The notes under the pieces are model-generated. The model saw nothing but the letters and a program-made list of their open reading frames with translations, was not told the DNA's origin and did not search any database. DNA of 54,354 nucleotides, filler included, from Jimgerdemannia flammicorona (Eukaryota), in NCBI GenBank assembly GCA_003990765.1. It is 3 parts of 3 records of this genome, joined end to end, with 100 filler letters (N's around TTAATTAATTAA, not from the genome) between each part and the next. Parts side by side here need not be neighbours in the genome. Positions count along the whole stretch, not along the records: positions 1 to 18,054 come from RBNJ01002317.1; positions 18,155 to 36,206 come from RBNJ01002318.1; 1 more part is not named here. The stretch is one strand, 5' to 3'. This document shows positions 12,705 through 24,083 of the stretch, piece by piece. The translations under genes and the position numbers were made by a program. Numbering within the stretch: position 1 is the stretch's first letter; every line of letters starts with the position of its first letter.

Positions 12705-15250
12705 CTACCAAGACTTCAGATATATATACACCCAGATTGTCTTAGAATTCAGTATATATCTCTTTGAAGTAATGAGGTCTACCTTACCTGAGAACACCTG
12801 CTCAACAGGAGCGCTAGAGGTAGGAATTACCAGATAGTCCTGAGCCATATCACACAGACTGGGAAAGTTCATTTGACATAGCTGCATGCCCCAGTGGGTA
12901 GAGCAGTAGTTAGATTGGTGGGTTAAATTGACCCAATGCCCACCTGACAACCCACCTTCTACCAGTTGAGCACCTCCACACTCTCCAGCAGGATTATGTA
13001 GTTGCTGGTAAGATAAATGGTAAGTTTGTCTATTGATGGCAGCTCTTCTACTAATGGCTCCCTCTTTCTCTTTCTGCTGAAGTAAATATAGGATAGGAGA
13101 GATCTCTCAATATATTCATCCAGACTTTAGTCAGAACCTTGTAGTGGTACATAGTTTTTTCAATATACTTCAATTATGGCCTGCTTGGTTCTCTCAATGA
13201 AGTACTGCTCCCAGCTCTAATCTTTATGGTATTGTAGCTTTAAGCATGAGTCCAGTACTGTTCAAAGAAAAGAGAGTGAGTTTTTATAGTGGTTTCTCTA
13301 TTTTGGAAGAAACAATGATCATACACTGATATTAACATACCTGTACTGATTGAGTATATAGTAGTACTGTTTTGGAGTAGTTTTTCTGAGCTTACTTAGA
13401 GCAACCTCCATAATGTCTCTCTGATTTGGGCTTAATCATAAATTACCACAATCCTCCAGCCTGTCTTCAAGCTTGTCCTCTAGCTGGTCAATCTGAAGGT
13501 TGTATACTGGTATTATAGAGCTTATTTTTGGGGTTATTTGTTTGACTATATCCTTTATACAATCATTGAAACACTGGCAGTTATATGTGGTGAGGTATTG
13601 TATTGTATAGAGGTAGACAAAATGAGTATAGAGACAGACAAAATGAGTATAAAGCTAGAGCAATCACCACTTACTTCCAAAACTCTGACAACACTCCTAA
13701 GTATGTCCCACTCACTTTCATCTAGAGCCTTGCTCCATATTTCCTTATTAGTAGCAACTGTTGAATCTATTGGCTTTTTTGTTTTTTGTTTTTAAAAAAT
13801 AAATCTTCAATTATCTGAAATAAGTTGCTTCAGCTGACTGAAGAAAAAAAGGATACATACTATAGCAAACTCCAGTGCACACTGGATCATTGCAAATGTT
13901 GAGTTCCAATATGTACAGATATCCAATATAAGCTCTTTTGGGGCTAAACTGATTGCCCTACACTATACAGTGAATTTGTCTCATCATTGTAGGGATGATC
14001 AGACTGACACAACTAGTTTGTATAGCTTGGAAATTATACTCAGGACCCCTTCTCTCTCAGATATTTTATCTATGTACATAAGATAGTCCTGAATAGTGAG
14101 GTTCAGTATATGGGTCTGGTATTATATATAACAGCTTTCTATACTGAAGACTATATTTTCCTATTTGAGGCTGGCTGCTAAAACTTAGAAAAATATTGAG
14201 TTGTTTGTGACATTATCTATCATAATGGCCAAAATCATACTTGAAATATTTAGTTGGCAAATTTATATGAAAATAAATAATCAATAAAATCTGTTTTATT
14301 TTAGGACCTCTCTCAAAATACTGACCTGATGGTAAGCCCTCCTTTTTTACCTTAGTTGTAATTCCAAGCTCCTGGATATAACTAATAAAAGCATCTGCAA
14401 TGTTGTCTCCAGAATAAGGGCCAGCAAGTTTGATGAAGTCAAGGGTGAGAGATTTAAGCTACCAATCAAGATCAATCTAATGACTGGTAATGTCCAGAAA
14501 TGAAATTGTATTGGAGGATGTCCATGTGTTAATTGTAAATGAAATTTTACCTGCTGAATTCTGCTTATTGAATGTGAGGTTAAATTGGTGAACTCTTTAT
14601 AAAAAAATATATATAATTCAGCTTGCAAAGGTCATGGTGCTGTCCTTATTTTACCTGAAATATCTGGTGGAGATTGTTGTGCTCCTTCCTATAGGCCTCC
14701 AGGACATCTTTGCAAATAGTATCAGCACTTGGCAAATATAAATCAAGCTTGAGAAGGCCAAAGATACTATGCAATTGGTCACTCTTGATGGTTGTGAATG
14801 GCTGATCTGTATATACAATCTAGCAAATAAGCTGATTTCAAAATTCTACCAAAGAGTATGACTAAATATTTTTGATTAAATGGGATTGTTGGTACAGAAA
14901 TAGTCAGGCAATTGGATAAATGTACCCACTATAGCTTGGATGTTAATTTTATTTATCTCTATATTCTTTTTGATTTTGTCAGAGTGCTTGTCTTTTATAT
15001 ATTATATGTTCAAAGTCATACCACTAAGCATTTTGAACTTCTGGCTGGTGTAGTTTATAGGAGTGGATGAAATAGTATCATGTATATATCAAACAAAAAG
15101 TATCAGTTATATCAATAGGTGCATTTTAATTTTTTATCTGTAATAATTACAAACAATATCATCTTCTATCTTAATATAATATTGTCAGATTTTAGAGTAA
15201 GGATTGTATGGAAGATGTGGAACTATCAAAGATGTTTGACTTGAAGCATT
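12705..15250 (-). pseudogene. Intron-containing hAT transposase pseudogene (5' boundary approximate)
   Basis: ISFTINTWTSSN...FLDITSH*ID, ELILDICTYWNSTFAMI (cf. DVxTRWNST), C-terminal dimerisation domain FPSLCDMAQDYLVIPTSSAPVEQVFS...LKSW*. Confidence 0.88.
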
Positions 15251-16908
15251 ATTAGTACTGTGAATTGTTGAAGATTGATCTGTCAATATATGTGTTTATA
15301 TGTTTACATATATATGTATATATTTACATATGTATATATTGTATATGTAGATGTATTCAGTATATGAGTTATGTGGAGGATTTAGATTGGAGGATTCAGT
15401 TGAAGGATTTGGATGAGGATTCAGATTGAAGAATTTGAATTGAAGAATTTGAATTAGAGGATTCAAATTGGAGGATTCAGATTGAGTAATTCAGATTGAG
15501 TGATTCAGATTGAGTGATTTAGATTGGAGTAGTTCAGATGAGTGATTCAGATGGGGTAATTTGGATTAATCTGAGTTGATTCAGATGGCTTCAGATTTGA
15601 GATTTAGATCAAACCATTATATGATGAATCGAATCTGGATTTGATTCGAATTAACTCATTCAGAGCACTATATACTTCTAATCATTAACTATCTACTATT
15701 TATACTCATATATGAATTTGTATTAAGCTTTTATATGTCAGCAATAGAGTAAAGATTTCTTTTACTTTATAGCAATCTTCAAACCAGCTTTCTTCAGAGT
15801 ACAACATACTGTTTGGATACTGGCTTTTGCTTGGCCATCTTCTTGAAGTAGTTTTGCAATCTCAGGGACTATATCAGCATTACTACCAGTTATCTGGCAA
15901 ACTATCCATAATTTGTCATAGTCTAAAAGTATTTTTAAATAACTTCTTTTTGATGATATAGTGGTACAATGCTCCTTTCTAATATAGATTATAGTTGTCT
16001 TACTAACACTAGTCTATTCAGTAATTTCATGCATCAACATACCTAAGTTTAGCAGAGAAATGATATTTTTTTGAGTGTCTAATGAGGTTTTTCTCATTCT
16101 TTTTTATCAAAATAGTTATTCCAAAACTGATCCAATGTTGTGACTTTTTTAAAAATTATTTTCAATAACAAAATCAATACTAAATATAACAAAATTAATA
16201 TTTATGGAAACCTCTGATATAGAGCTATAATATACTCTAGTTTCTATTTTTTAATATTTTTAAAATAATAAAAAGTAAAAAATAATAAAATATTAGACCA
16301 GTTTTGAAAGTCACTATATCAACAATTCTGTCAATACTTCTATTGTAATATATTTTTACCATATAGTAAACTTTTTTCTCCTCTCTAAGTTTGTGAAGAT
16401 AATACTAATATATATATATAATATCACTAATTTTGATATTATCTCATTGCTGCTTAATAAAGTCATTACTGTTATATTATAAAGTAAAGCTAATAAGGAT
16501 CTCTATGAAGTATTTCTTAATTTTTTTTCTTCTTACAAGCTCACTATCAGTGATCTGATCAAACTCTCTAAAGAGGCCTCATCAAGACAGTCACTCTTTC
16601 TATATCTGAGTATGATTTATTACTATATATATTATTTACTAAGTTTGAGACTCAATAAGAACATACTATTGATCTTAAAATATTGTACAGTTTTGTATTA
16701 TATAAATGATATAGTTGTAGATTATAATAGTATAGTCTGACTAGAATATATTATATTATATATCTTAGTGCTCAAAATAGTGATCTATTTTAATCTTATA
16801 ATTATTTATCCAACTCTCATAGAAGTAGTTAATATGTTTAAAGAGATATCTCCTCAATATTTGGTATTTTTTTTATATTTTACAGATCATCTATCTATCT
16901 ATAAGCTA

Positions 16909-17346
16909 TAGTGCTTGAAATGAATTAAATTAAATTGAATTTACCTCTAATTTAATTTAATTTAAAATATTTAAATCAAATTAAGAGTTAATTTAATTTG
17001 ATTTAATTCAAATTAAGACTCAATTTAATTCAATTCAAATTAAATCAAGGTTCAATTTGATTTAAAGTCTAATTTAAATCTAATTTTTCAAAATTCAATA
17101 ACTTGACCAAATATATCTAAATTTAATAAATTTTAACTTATTTAATATATCTTATAATAGAGAATCTAGTATAATAAAAAATATTAAATTTGGATATATT
17201 TCTATTAAGTTATTATATTTTGAATTTGAGATAAATATTTTAAATTAAATTGGACCTTGATTTAATTTAAATTCAAAAATCTTCAATTCAATTTAATTTA
17301 AATAACTCTCAATTCAATTTAATTTGAATTGATTCAATTCCTAGCA
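16909..17346. mobile_element. hAT-type MITE, degenerate
   Basis: Starts tagtgct after ataagcta; AATTC/AATTG arms and central inverted repeat as in 28588-29011; right end partly deleted (ctagca then agcta). Confidence 0.7.
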
Positions 17347-17763
17347 AGCTATAGAGGAGTATGTTATAATATTGATCTCTAATAAAATTGACTATCCTTA
17401 AGTCATTATTTTTGTTATAGAGCTTTTATTATTTTTGAGACAAAAGATATAGATTTCTATTTTAGAACAAAGATCTATCTCTTAGATGATATATGTAAAT
17501 GTCTTTTAGCAGTAATTTTTTTATTAAAAAATCTAATTTTTCAAGTTTATATTTTCTGTTAAAAATATAACTCAATTTATCAAATTTTAATTTTTTTTAT
17601 TTATTTATTAAATTTTATCTAAAGATAAAACAAAAAGTATAAAAAATCAATAGTTAAAATATTTTTAAAAAGTTATTATGATTTTCAGACTTATAAATTT
17701 TTAAAAATTTACAACTAAATTTGGCTGCATTACTATCTAAGAGATAATGATCTATATATATAG

Positions 17764-18054
17764 TGTAACGTAGTGGACGCTTACTCTTGAAAGTACGTCG
17801 GATTTCTGTATCTTGAAAACTTGACTGTTCTGACTCTCGCAGAGTCTCTTGAAGTGGCAGGGGAAGGGTGGGTGAGTTCGAAGTGTATCTGCCCGCAGGC
17901 TTACTAGTTCCTTTGCTATCTCTTTGCTTTGAACTATTTCGATCTGAGGTTTATTCACTTGAAGATACTGGGTTATTTATACAAGTTTGCTAGCTATGAG
18001 AGGGTGGCTAAGTAATAAATGAGTCATTTGGACTTTGTCGAAACATTTAGACAA
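17764..18054 (-). repeat. Partial LTR of Gypsy family B, cut by assembly gap
   Basis: Reverse complement of about 22070-22362; retains CpGs. Confidence 0.9.
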
Positions 18055-18154
18055 NNNNNNNNNNNNNNNNNNNNNNNNNNNNNNNNNNNNNNNNNNNNTT
18101 AATTAATTAANNNNNNNNNNNNNNNNNNNNNNNNNNNNNNNNNNNNNNNNNNNN
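18055..18154. other. Assembly gap with artificial ttaattaattaa spacer
   Basis: 100-nt N run; same spacer at 36207-36306. Confidence 0.97.
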
Positions 18155-20214
18155 GAACCAGGAAGATCTACCAGGAAAGAAGCCAGAAAGCCCTCAAAAA
18201 ACAGACCACGGAAGAAGAGAAGGAGGAAGATGATGAACCACCAGCCCTCCTGGAGGACAGCGATGATGAAGAAGAAATCAAGGTCAAGATTTGAAAGATC
18301 CACTCTGATGCAGTCTTGCCAGAATACAAGTCAGAAAACACAGCAGGAATGGACATCGCTACAGTAGAAGAAACTGTACTCGAACCCCAGACAACTACCC
18401 TACTTGCAACTGGACTAGAGATGACCATCCCAAAGGATTATGTTGGGATTCTCAAGACAAGAAGCAGTCTGGCTAGAAGTGAAATCACAATCGAAGGAGG
18501 AGTCATTGATTCAGACTATACTGGAGAAATTCTACTCATTGCTAGGAACCACAATCCTATAATTCCATTCCCAGTCAAGAAGAAGGACCAATTGGCACAG
18601 ATGTTGATCTTCCCAATCATACAGCCAAGGATCATAGAAGTCAAGAATCTAAAGGAAACAAAAAGAGGAAAGAAAGGATTTGGATCTACAGGAAGAGAAG
18701 TATTCGCCAGTACCAAGATCACTGAACTCGAGCATAAGAAGGAGGAAAACATGAGCAAGCACAGTTACACCATTGGAGATGAATTTCCACTCAAGGAGGA
18801 ACTCAAGAAGATACTCCACAAATTCAAGGATGTCCTTGCCACGGATTTCAAGAATATCAAGGAGAAGACCCCACACTACTATCATGAGGTAGATACTGGA
18901 GACACTGAACCAATTTACCAGAAGGCAAGACCTGTCCTGCCAGCCTACCGAGAATGGCTCAGAGAAGAAATCAAGCAGATGGAAGAAGCCAGCATCATCA
19001 AAGAAGCCAGCAGCCCCTGGTCTTCACCAGTTGTACTAGCCCCGAAAAAAGGAAGCAAACCTGGAGAATTTGCCCCAAGGCTCTGTGTCGACTATAGAAA
19101 ACTCAATGCAGTCACCAAGAAGGATCACCAACCACTGCCACTTATCAGCGACATCCTTATAACACTGGGAGACGAAGCACAGTACTATAACACCTTGGAC
19201 TTATACTCAGGATTCCACCAAATCGGACTCACAGAAGTCACAAGTGAAAAGTCAGCCTTCATCACCCCAGATGGAACCTACATCTACCTACAAATGCTAT
19301 TTGGAATGTGCAATACACCAGCAAGCTTTCAGCAAATGATGAACAAAATCTTCCACTATGACATGGGAAGATGGATGATGGTCTATATCAATGATGTAAT
19401 CATCTACAGCAAGACGGCCAAGGAATATCTGCAGCACATACAGCAGATAATAGAGAGACTAAGACATCATGGCCTTTATATCAAACCCAAGAAGTGTAAG
19501 TTTGTGGAAATCGAGATCTCCTATCTTGGCCATATCATCAATCGAGATGGAACACACACGGACCCTCTCAAAATACAAGCAGTAGTAGCATACCCAAGGC
19601 CCACTACCGTCACAGAAGCCCAAGCCTTCATGGGACTTGCCTCCTACTATCGCAGATTCATTAGAGGATTCTCCAACATTGCAGGCCCAATCTATGAACT
19701 CAACAAGAAGGATACCAAGTTCTAGTGGACTGGCATACAACAAAAAGCATTTGACGAACTCAAGATCAGACTAACTCAGGCACCCATCCTCAGACGACCC
19801 AATTGGACCCAAGAATTTATCCTTCAGACGGATGTAAGCACACAGGGACTAGGAGCAGTCCTAGCTCAAAAAGAAGACAAAAAAGAGTATGTCATCGCAT
19901 ACCTCAGCTGTGGAACCCGAGGAGCTGAAAAATAATATGAATCCTACAAGTTGGAATGCCTTGCAGTCATCTGGGCTGTAGAAAAGTTCCACTACTATCT
20001 GGCCGGAAGACACTTCACCATCCAGATGGACCACTCAGCTCTCACCTGGCTACCGACAACCGGACAACCCAAGGGAATCTATGCCAGATGGATAATGAAG
20101 TTACAAGCCTACGATGTAACCATCATGTACTGCCCTGGAAGAACAAATTCCAATGCAGATGCTCTCTCACGGACACCTCAAATCACCTCCAACCAACAAA
20201 TCAATCATGAATAA
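18155..20214 (+). pseudogene. pol: dUTPase, reverse transcriptase, RNase H
   Basis: AGMDI, RSSLA, GGVIDSDYTGEI, RGKKGFGSTG; RLCVDYRKLN, LDLYSGFHQI, VYINDVII; ILQTDVS, NADALSR. In-frame stops at about 18293, 19723 and 19933. Confidence 0.92.
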
Positions 20215-21398
20215 GGAGCTCTACTATGGAATCATCACATACCTGGGATAGCGAAAGATGCCCCAACATCTGGAAGAATGGACACAAACGATTATCAACA
20301 GGACATGGAAACAATTCAAAACTGATGGAGAAATACTGAAGAAAGGAAAACTACTAGTCATACCAGAACATAAGAAGGAGCAAGCAATGAAATCAGTACA
20401 CGAACTTGGCCATCTAGGAGGAACAAATATATACGATAAGGCAAGAAGAACAATATGGTGGCCAGGAATGGAGGAAGATATCAGACAATTTGTCAAGACC
20501 TGTGACAAATGCCAGAAACAGAAATAAGACCAATGAAATCAAGCCCCAGGATCAGTACACATAGAACCAGTACCATTCGCCCACATTGCAATGGATGTAA
20601 TTGGCCCCCTACCCTTGACTTTAACTGGCAACCAATACATCATTGTCATCGTAGACCTTTTTACAAAGTGGATAGAAGCGGGACCCCTTATGGAAGCTAA
20701 TGCACAGTCAATTGCCAATTTCTTTCACAAGGAAATCATCTGCCGGTTCAAGACACCAACACAAGTAACTACAGATAGAGGAACCGAATTTGTGAACCAG
20801 TTCTTCGAAGTTCTCTACAAGAAGTATAAGATTCAGCACATTCGGACCACAGCCTATCACCCTCAAGGAAACGGATAAGTAGAAAGGACCAACAAACCCT
20901 CAAGAATGTTATCGCCAAGATCTGTGATAACTACGAGAACTGGGATCACTATCTGCCAATAGCATTACCTGCTCTCCGGGATATCCGATCACAAAGTACC
21001 CACTTTACTCCTCGAGAAATGCTGTTTGGAGAAGAATGTTCTCAAGGAACCCTATCATCCAATAGAGATGCTGTATGGAAACATATGGACATGGAAATAT
21101 GGAGACTACACCAAATCAGGAAGAAGGCTGAGGATTACATAACCAAGGTGCAGACACTACAATGGAAGAATGCGGAAAAGATCCACAAGCCCTTGGAGAT
21201 TATCAAGATAGGAGACAAGGTCCTGGTATATCGGAATATAGTAGAAGCTTCATGGTCACGAAAACTGGAGCCCAAGTGGGAAGGACCTTACCTTGTGCAA
21301 GATATAAAAGGAACCACTTTTGGCTATGAAAACCCTCAGGTACAATAATCCCCACCACCATTCACCGAAACCAATTCAAGAAATATCATGACCAGTAA
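20207..21398 (+). pseudogene. Integrase, separate ORF whose ATG overlaps the RH stop
   Basis: HELGH...CDKCQ zinc finger, AMDVIGPLP, TTDRGTEF, YHPQGNG, KLEPKWEGPY; several stops and 1-nt deletions. Confidence 0.9.
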
Positions 21399-21849
21399 CA
21401 AAAGTACTGCAACGGTACTCAAGATCACTAGTGCTGCCCAAAGAGCCATCGAAAGACAATGGCACACCACTGAGCCTCTGACCATAGAGCCATTCTATGA
21501 GGATATTCAGAGTATTGTGCAGACTCATCTCTCTCGGATCTCACACTTCAGAGCCTATCAGTATCGCACAGAATTCCAAGAGTACTTCAAGCTTGGACAA
21601 GTGCTCAATCAAGATCTGGCAAAGACCAAAGAGGACTGGATTGCCGAGTGTCAACTCTCCCACTCACAGATCACTATTGCCAAAAGGATCCACAAGTTAT
21701 TCCAAGAAGATGAAGCAGTGATAGACCACCTGAGAGGAGTAACCCCTACTGACTTCGAGAAAGTGAGAAGACATCATTGGGAAACAGTCATGCAGCAAAT
21801 TGCACAGTACAAGACCATACAGACCGTCGAAGCCTGGGAGTTTGAATAG
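21388..21849 (+). CDS. Family B accessory ORF3, 153 aa, unknown function
   Basis: Intact ORF between IN and PPT; colinear homologous remnants at about 25039-24578 (-) and 33478-33936 (+). Confidence 0.75.
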   Translation: MTSNKSTATVLKITSAAQRAIERQWHTTEPLTIEPFYEDIQSIVQTHLSRISHFRAYQYRTEFQEYFKLGQVLNQDLAKTKEDWIAECQLSHSQITIAKRIHKLFQEDEAVIDHLRGVTPTDFEKVRRHHWETVMQQIAQYKTIQTVEAWEFE

Positions 21850-24083
21850 ATGCCTCAGGGACAAGACCATCCATTCAGGAGGAAGTTGTGATGGTACAGC
21901 CGGATTTGGAAGAAGGAAATAGGGAATAGACACTTGATCGCACTCATTCCCAAAGTAGTATAGCATTATAGTTAGCAGTCCTCGATTTTGACATTGTCTA
22001 AATTTTTAGACATTGTCTAAATTTTAGACATCATCCAAATCGGATACCCCGATTTAGTATAGCATTTAGACATTGTCCAAATGTTTTGACAAAGTCCAAA
22101 TGACTCATTTATTACTTAGCCACCCTCTCATAGCTAGCAAACTTGTATAAATAACTCAGTATCTTCAAGTGAATAAACCTCAGATTGAAATAGTTCAAAG
22201 TAAAGAGATAGCAAAGGAACTAGTAAGCCTGCGGGCAGATACACTTCGAACTCACCCACCCTCCCCTGCCACTTCAAGAGACTCTACAAGAGTCAGAACA
22301 GTCAAGTTTTCAAGATACAGAAATCCGACGTACTTTTAAGAGTAAGTGTCTGCTATGTTACAATAGTTAATGAGACTGAGATTTACAGAAATAGTCAAAG
22401 ATCAAGAATAAAAGATAGTTGAGACTAATAATATATAAAAGAATTTAGATAATGAAAGTGAAGAAGATATGTAACTATAAGATCTCTGCCTATACTATCT
22501 GTCAGATTAAGAATAGGATCTTTAAAGCCATTATTGATATATAAGTAGAAAGATATCTCTTTAGCAAAAAAGCTATAGACTACTTAGGTTGAAAAATTAA
22601 AGAAGTTATAAAAGTAGTATTCATTACAGTTAATAGTATAAGAGCCATATCTCTAGAAAAGATTTGGGATATTCTCATTAAGTTTAGAAAAGTAACTATT
22701 TTAGAAAATGTGATCATTATAAATATTATCAACTATGATATCTTCATTAGTAACCAGTGGCTTTACAAGACTAAGGCTATAATTAATATGAACTCTTAGA
22801 AGATATAGATTATTTATTGAGGATAAAAGATGTAAATTTTCACCAATATCAATAAAGAAGTACTCTTTAAGATAAAAAAAGAAGACAGTGAGTAAGAAGA
22901 AATCCATAAAAGAAGGTCAGATGAATTAGTAAAAAAGACTGATATAAGAAAATTGCTGAAGAATATACCCTACAAGGAGTATGTTCTTATAGACTTTGAA
23001 TATACTATATGAAGTATATAGATGAGTACTATCAATGTATTATTAAGATCTATAAGATTTACTATGTATTACTATAGTTGAGGAGATAATTCTCAAATCT
23101 CAGATAATAACTCTGCTTGTAATAGAACTAGAGATAACTATTCCTAAGAACTATATTGGAATACTCAAGATAAGAAGCAATCTAGTTAAGAGTAAAATTT
23201 CAATTGAAGGAGGAGTTATTAATTCTAATTATATTGGAGAAATCTTACTTATTGTTAGGAATTATAACTTCACAATTCTATTTGTAATCAATAAAAAGGA
23301 TTAACTTACACAAATGCTAACCTTTCTAGTATTATAATCTAAGATTTTAGAAGTTAAAAAGTTAGAGGAAATAGAAAGAAGAAGAAGAGGATTTGGATCT
23401 ATAAGAAGAGGAGTTTTTATCAGTACTGAGATTATCAAATTAATTTATAAGGAGAAAACTACAGATAATTATAGCTACTTTATTAGAAACAGATTTCTAC
23501 TTAAAAAGGAACTTAAGAAGCTGCTATATAAATTTGGGAATATTCTCCAAGAATATCAAAGAAAAGATACTATACTACTATTATAATATAGATATATATA
23601 AGAGATACTGAGCCAATCTATCAAAGAGTAAGACCAATCTTATTAGCATATTATGAATGGCTCAGAGAGAAGATCAAGCAGATAGAAGAAGTCAGTATCA
23701 TCAAGGAGACTATTAGTCCCTAGTCCTCACTAATTGTACTAGTCTCAAAGAAAGGAAGCAAATTAGGAGAATTTACCTCAAGGCTCTCTATAGACTACAG
23801 AAAACTGAATAAGATTACTAAGAAGAATTACTCCTCATCAGTGACATCCTAGTGATACTAGAAGATAAAGTATAATACTATACTATCTTAGATCTATACT
23901 CAGAATTCTATCAGATTAGTCTCATCAGAGAAGTCAGTAAAAAGTCAGTCTTAATTATCCCAGACAAAATATATATCTATCTATAAATACTATTTAATAT
24001 GTACAATACTCTAGTAAGTTTTCAGAGAATGATAAATAAAATCTTCTGAGAAGATATAAAATAATAGATAATGATCTATATAG

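Larger units (their letters stand above)
3214..15670 (-). mobile_element. hAT DNA transposon, degenerate, with nested Gypsy
   Basis: TIRs tagtactctgaa / ttcagagcacta; perfect 8-bp TSD tatacttc at 3206-3213 and 15671-15678; subterminal GATTC/GATCC-type repeats at both ends. Confidence 0.92.
2616..16097 (-). pseudogene. Tc1-type DDE transposase pseudogene split by the hAT insertion (parts 16097-15671 and 3213-2616)
   Basis: N-part MRKTSLDTQKNII...SIQTVCCTLKKAGLK...KKSLL; C-part IFSDKIKIN (cf. WSDETKIN), QDNNSKY (QDNDPKH), LDLSPIEYLWAYFKR (PDLNPIEHLW), GGYVKY*. Many stops. Confidence 0.88.
2373..16316 (-). mobile_element. Tc1/mariner DNA transposon, degenerate, carrying nested hAT and Gypsy insertions
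   Basis: About 220-bp imperfect TIRs (2373 tagtgactttcaaaactg... / ...cagttttgaaagtcacta 16316), TA flanks at 2371-2372 and 16317-16318, transposase remnants inside. Confidence 0.9.
18155..22362 (+). mobile_element. Ty3/Gypsy family B, least decayed copy (5' part in gap): dUTPase-RT-RH, IN, ORF3, 3' LTR 21887-22362
   Basis: Long pol ORF, PPT aggaggaagt, LTR TG...CA, flanked by ATAG. Confidence 0.93.

Noticed and set aside
18055..18154. ttaattaattaa palindrome inside N runs (also 36207-36306)
   Set aside because: Identical spacer in both 100-nt gaps; an assembly artefact.
17764..22362. Apparent element with inverted LTRs and an ATAG TSD
   Set aside because: Spans a gap, and the right flank is the interior of an older family B copy, so these are probably two separate insertions sharing a target preference.
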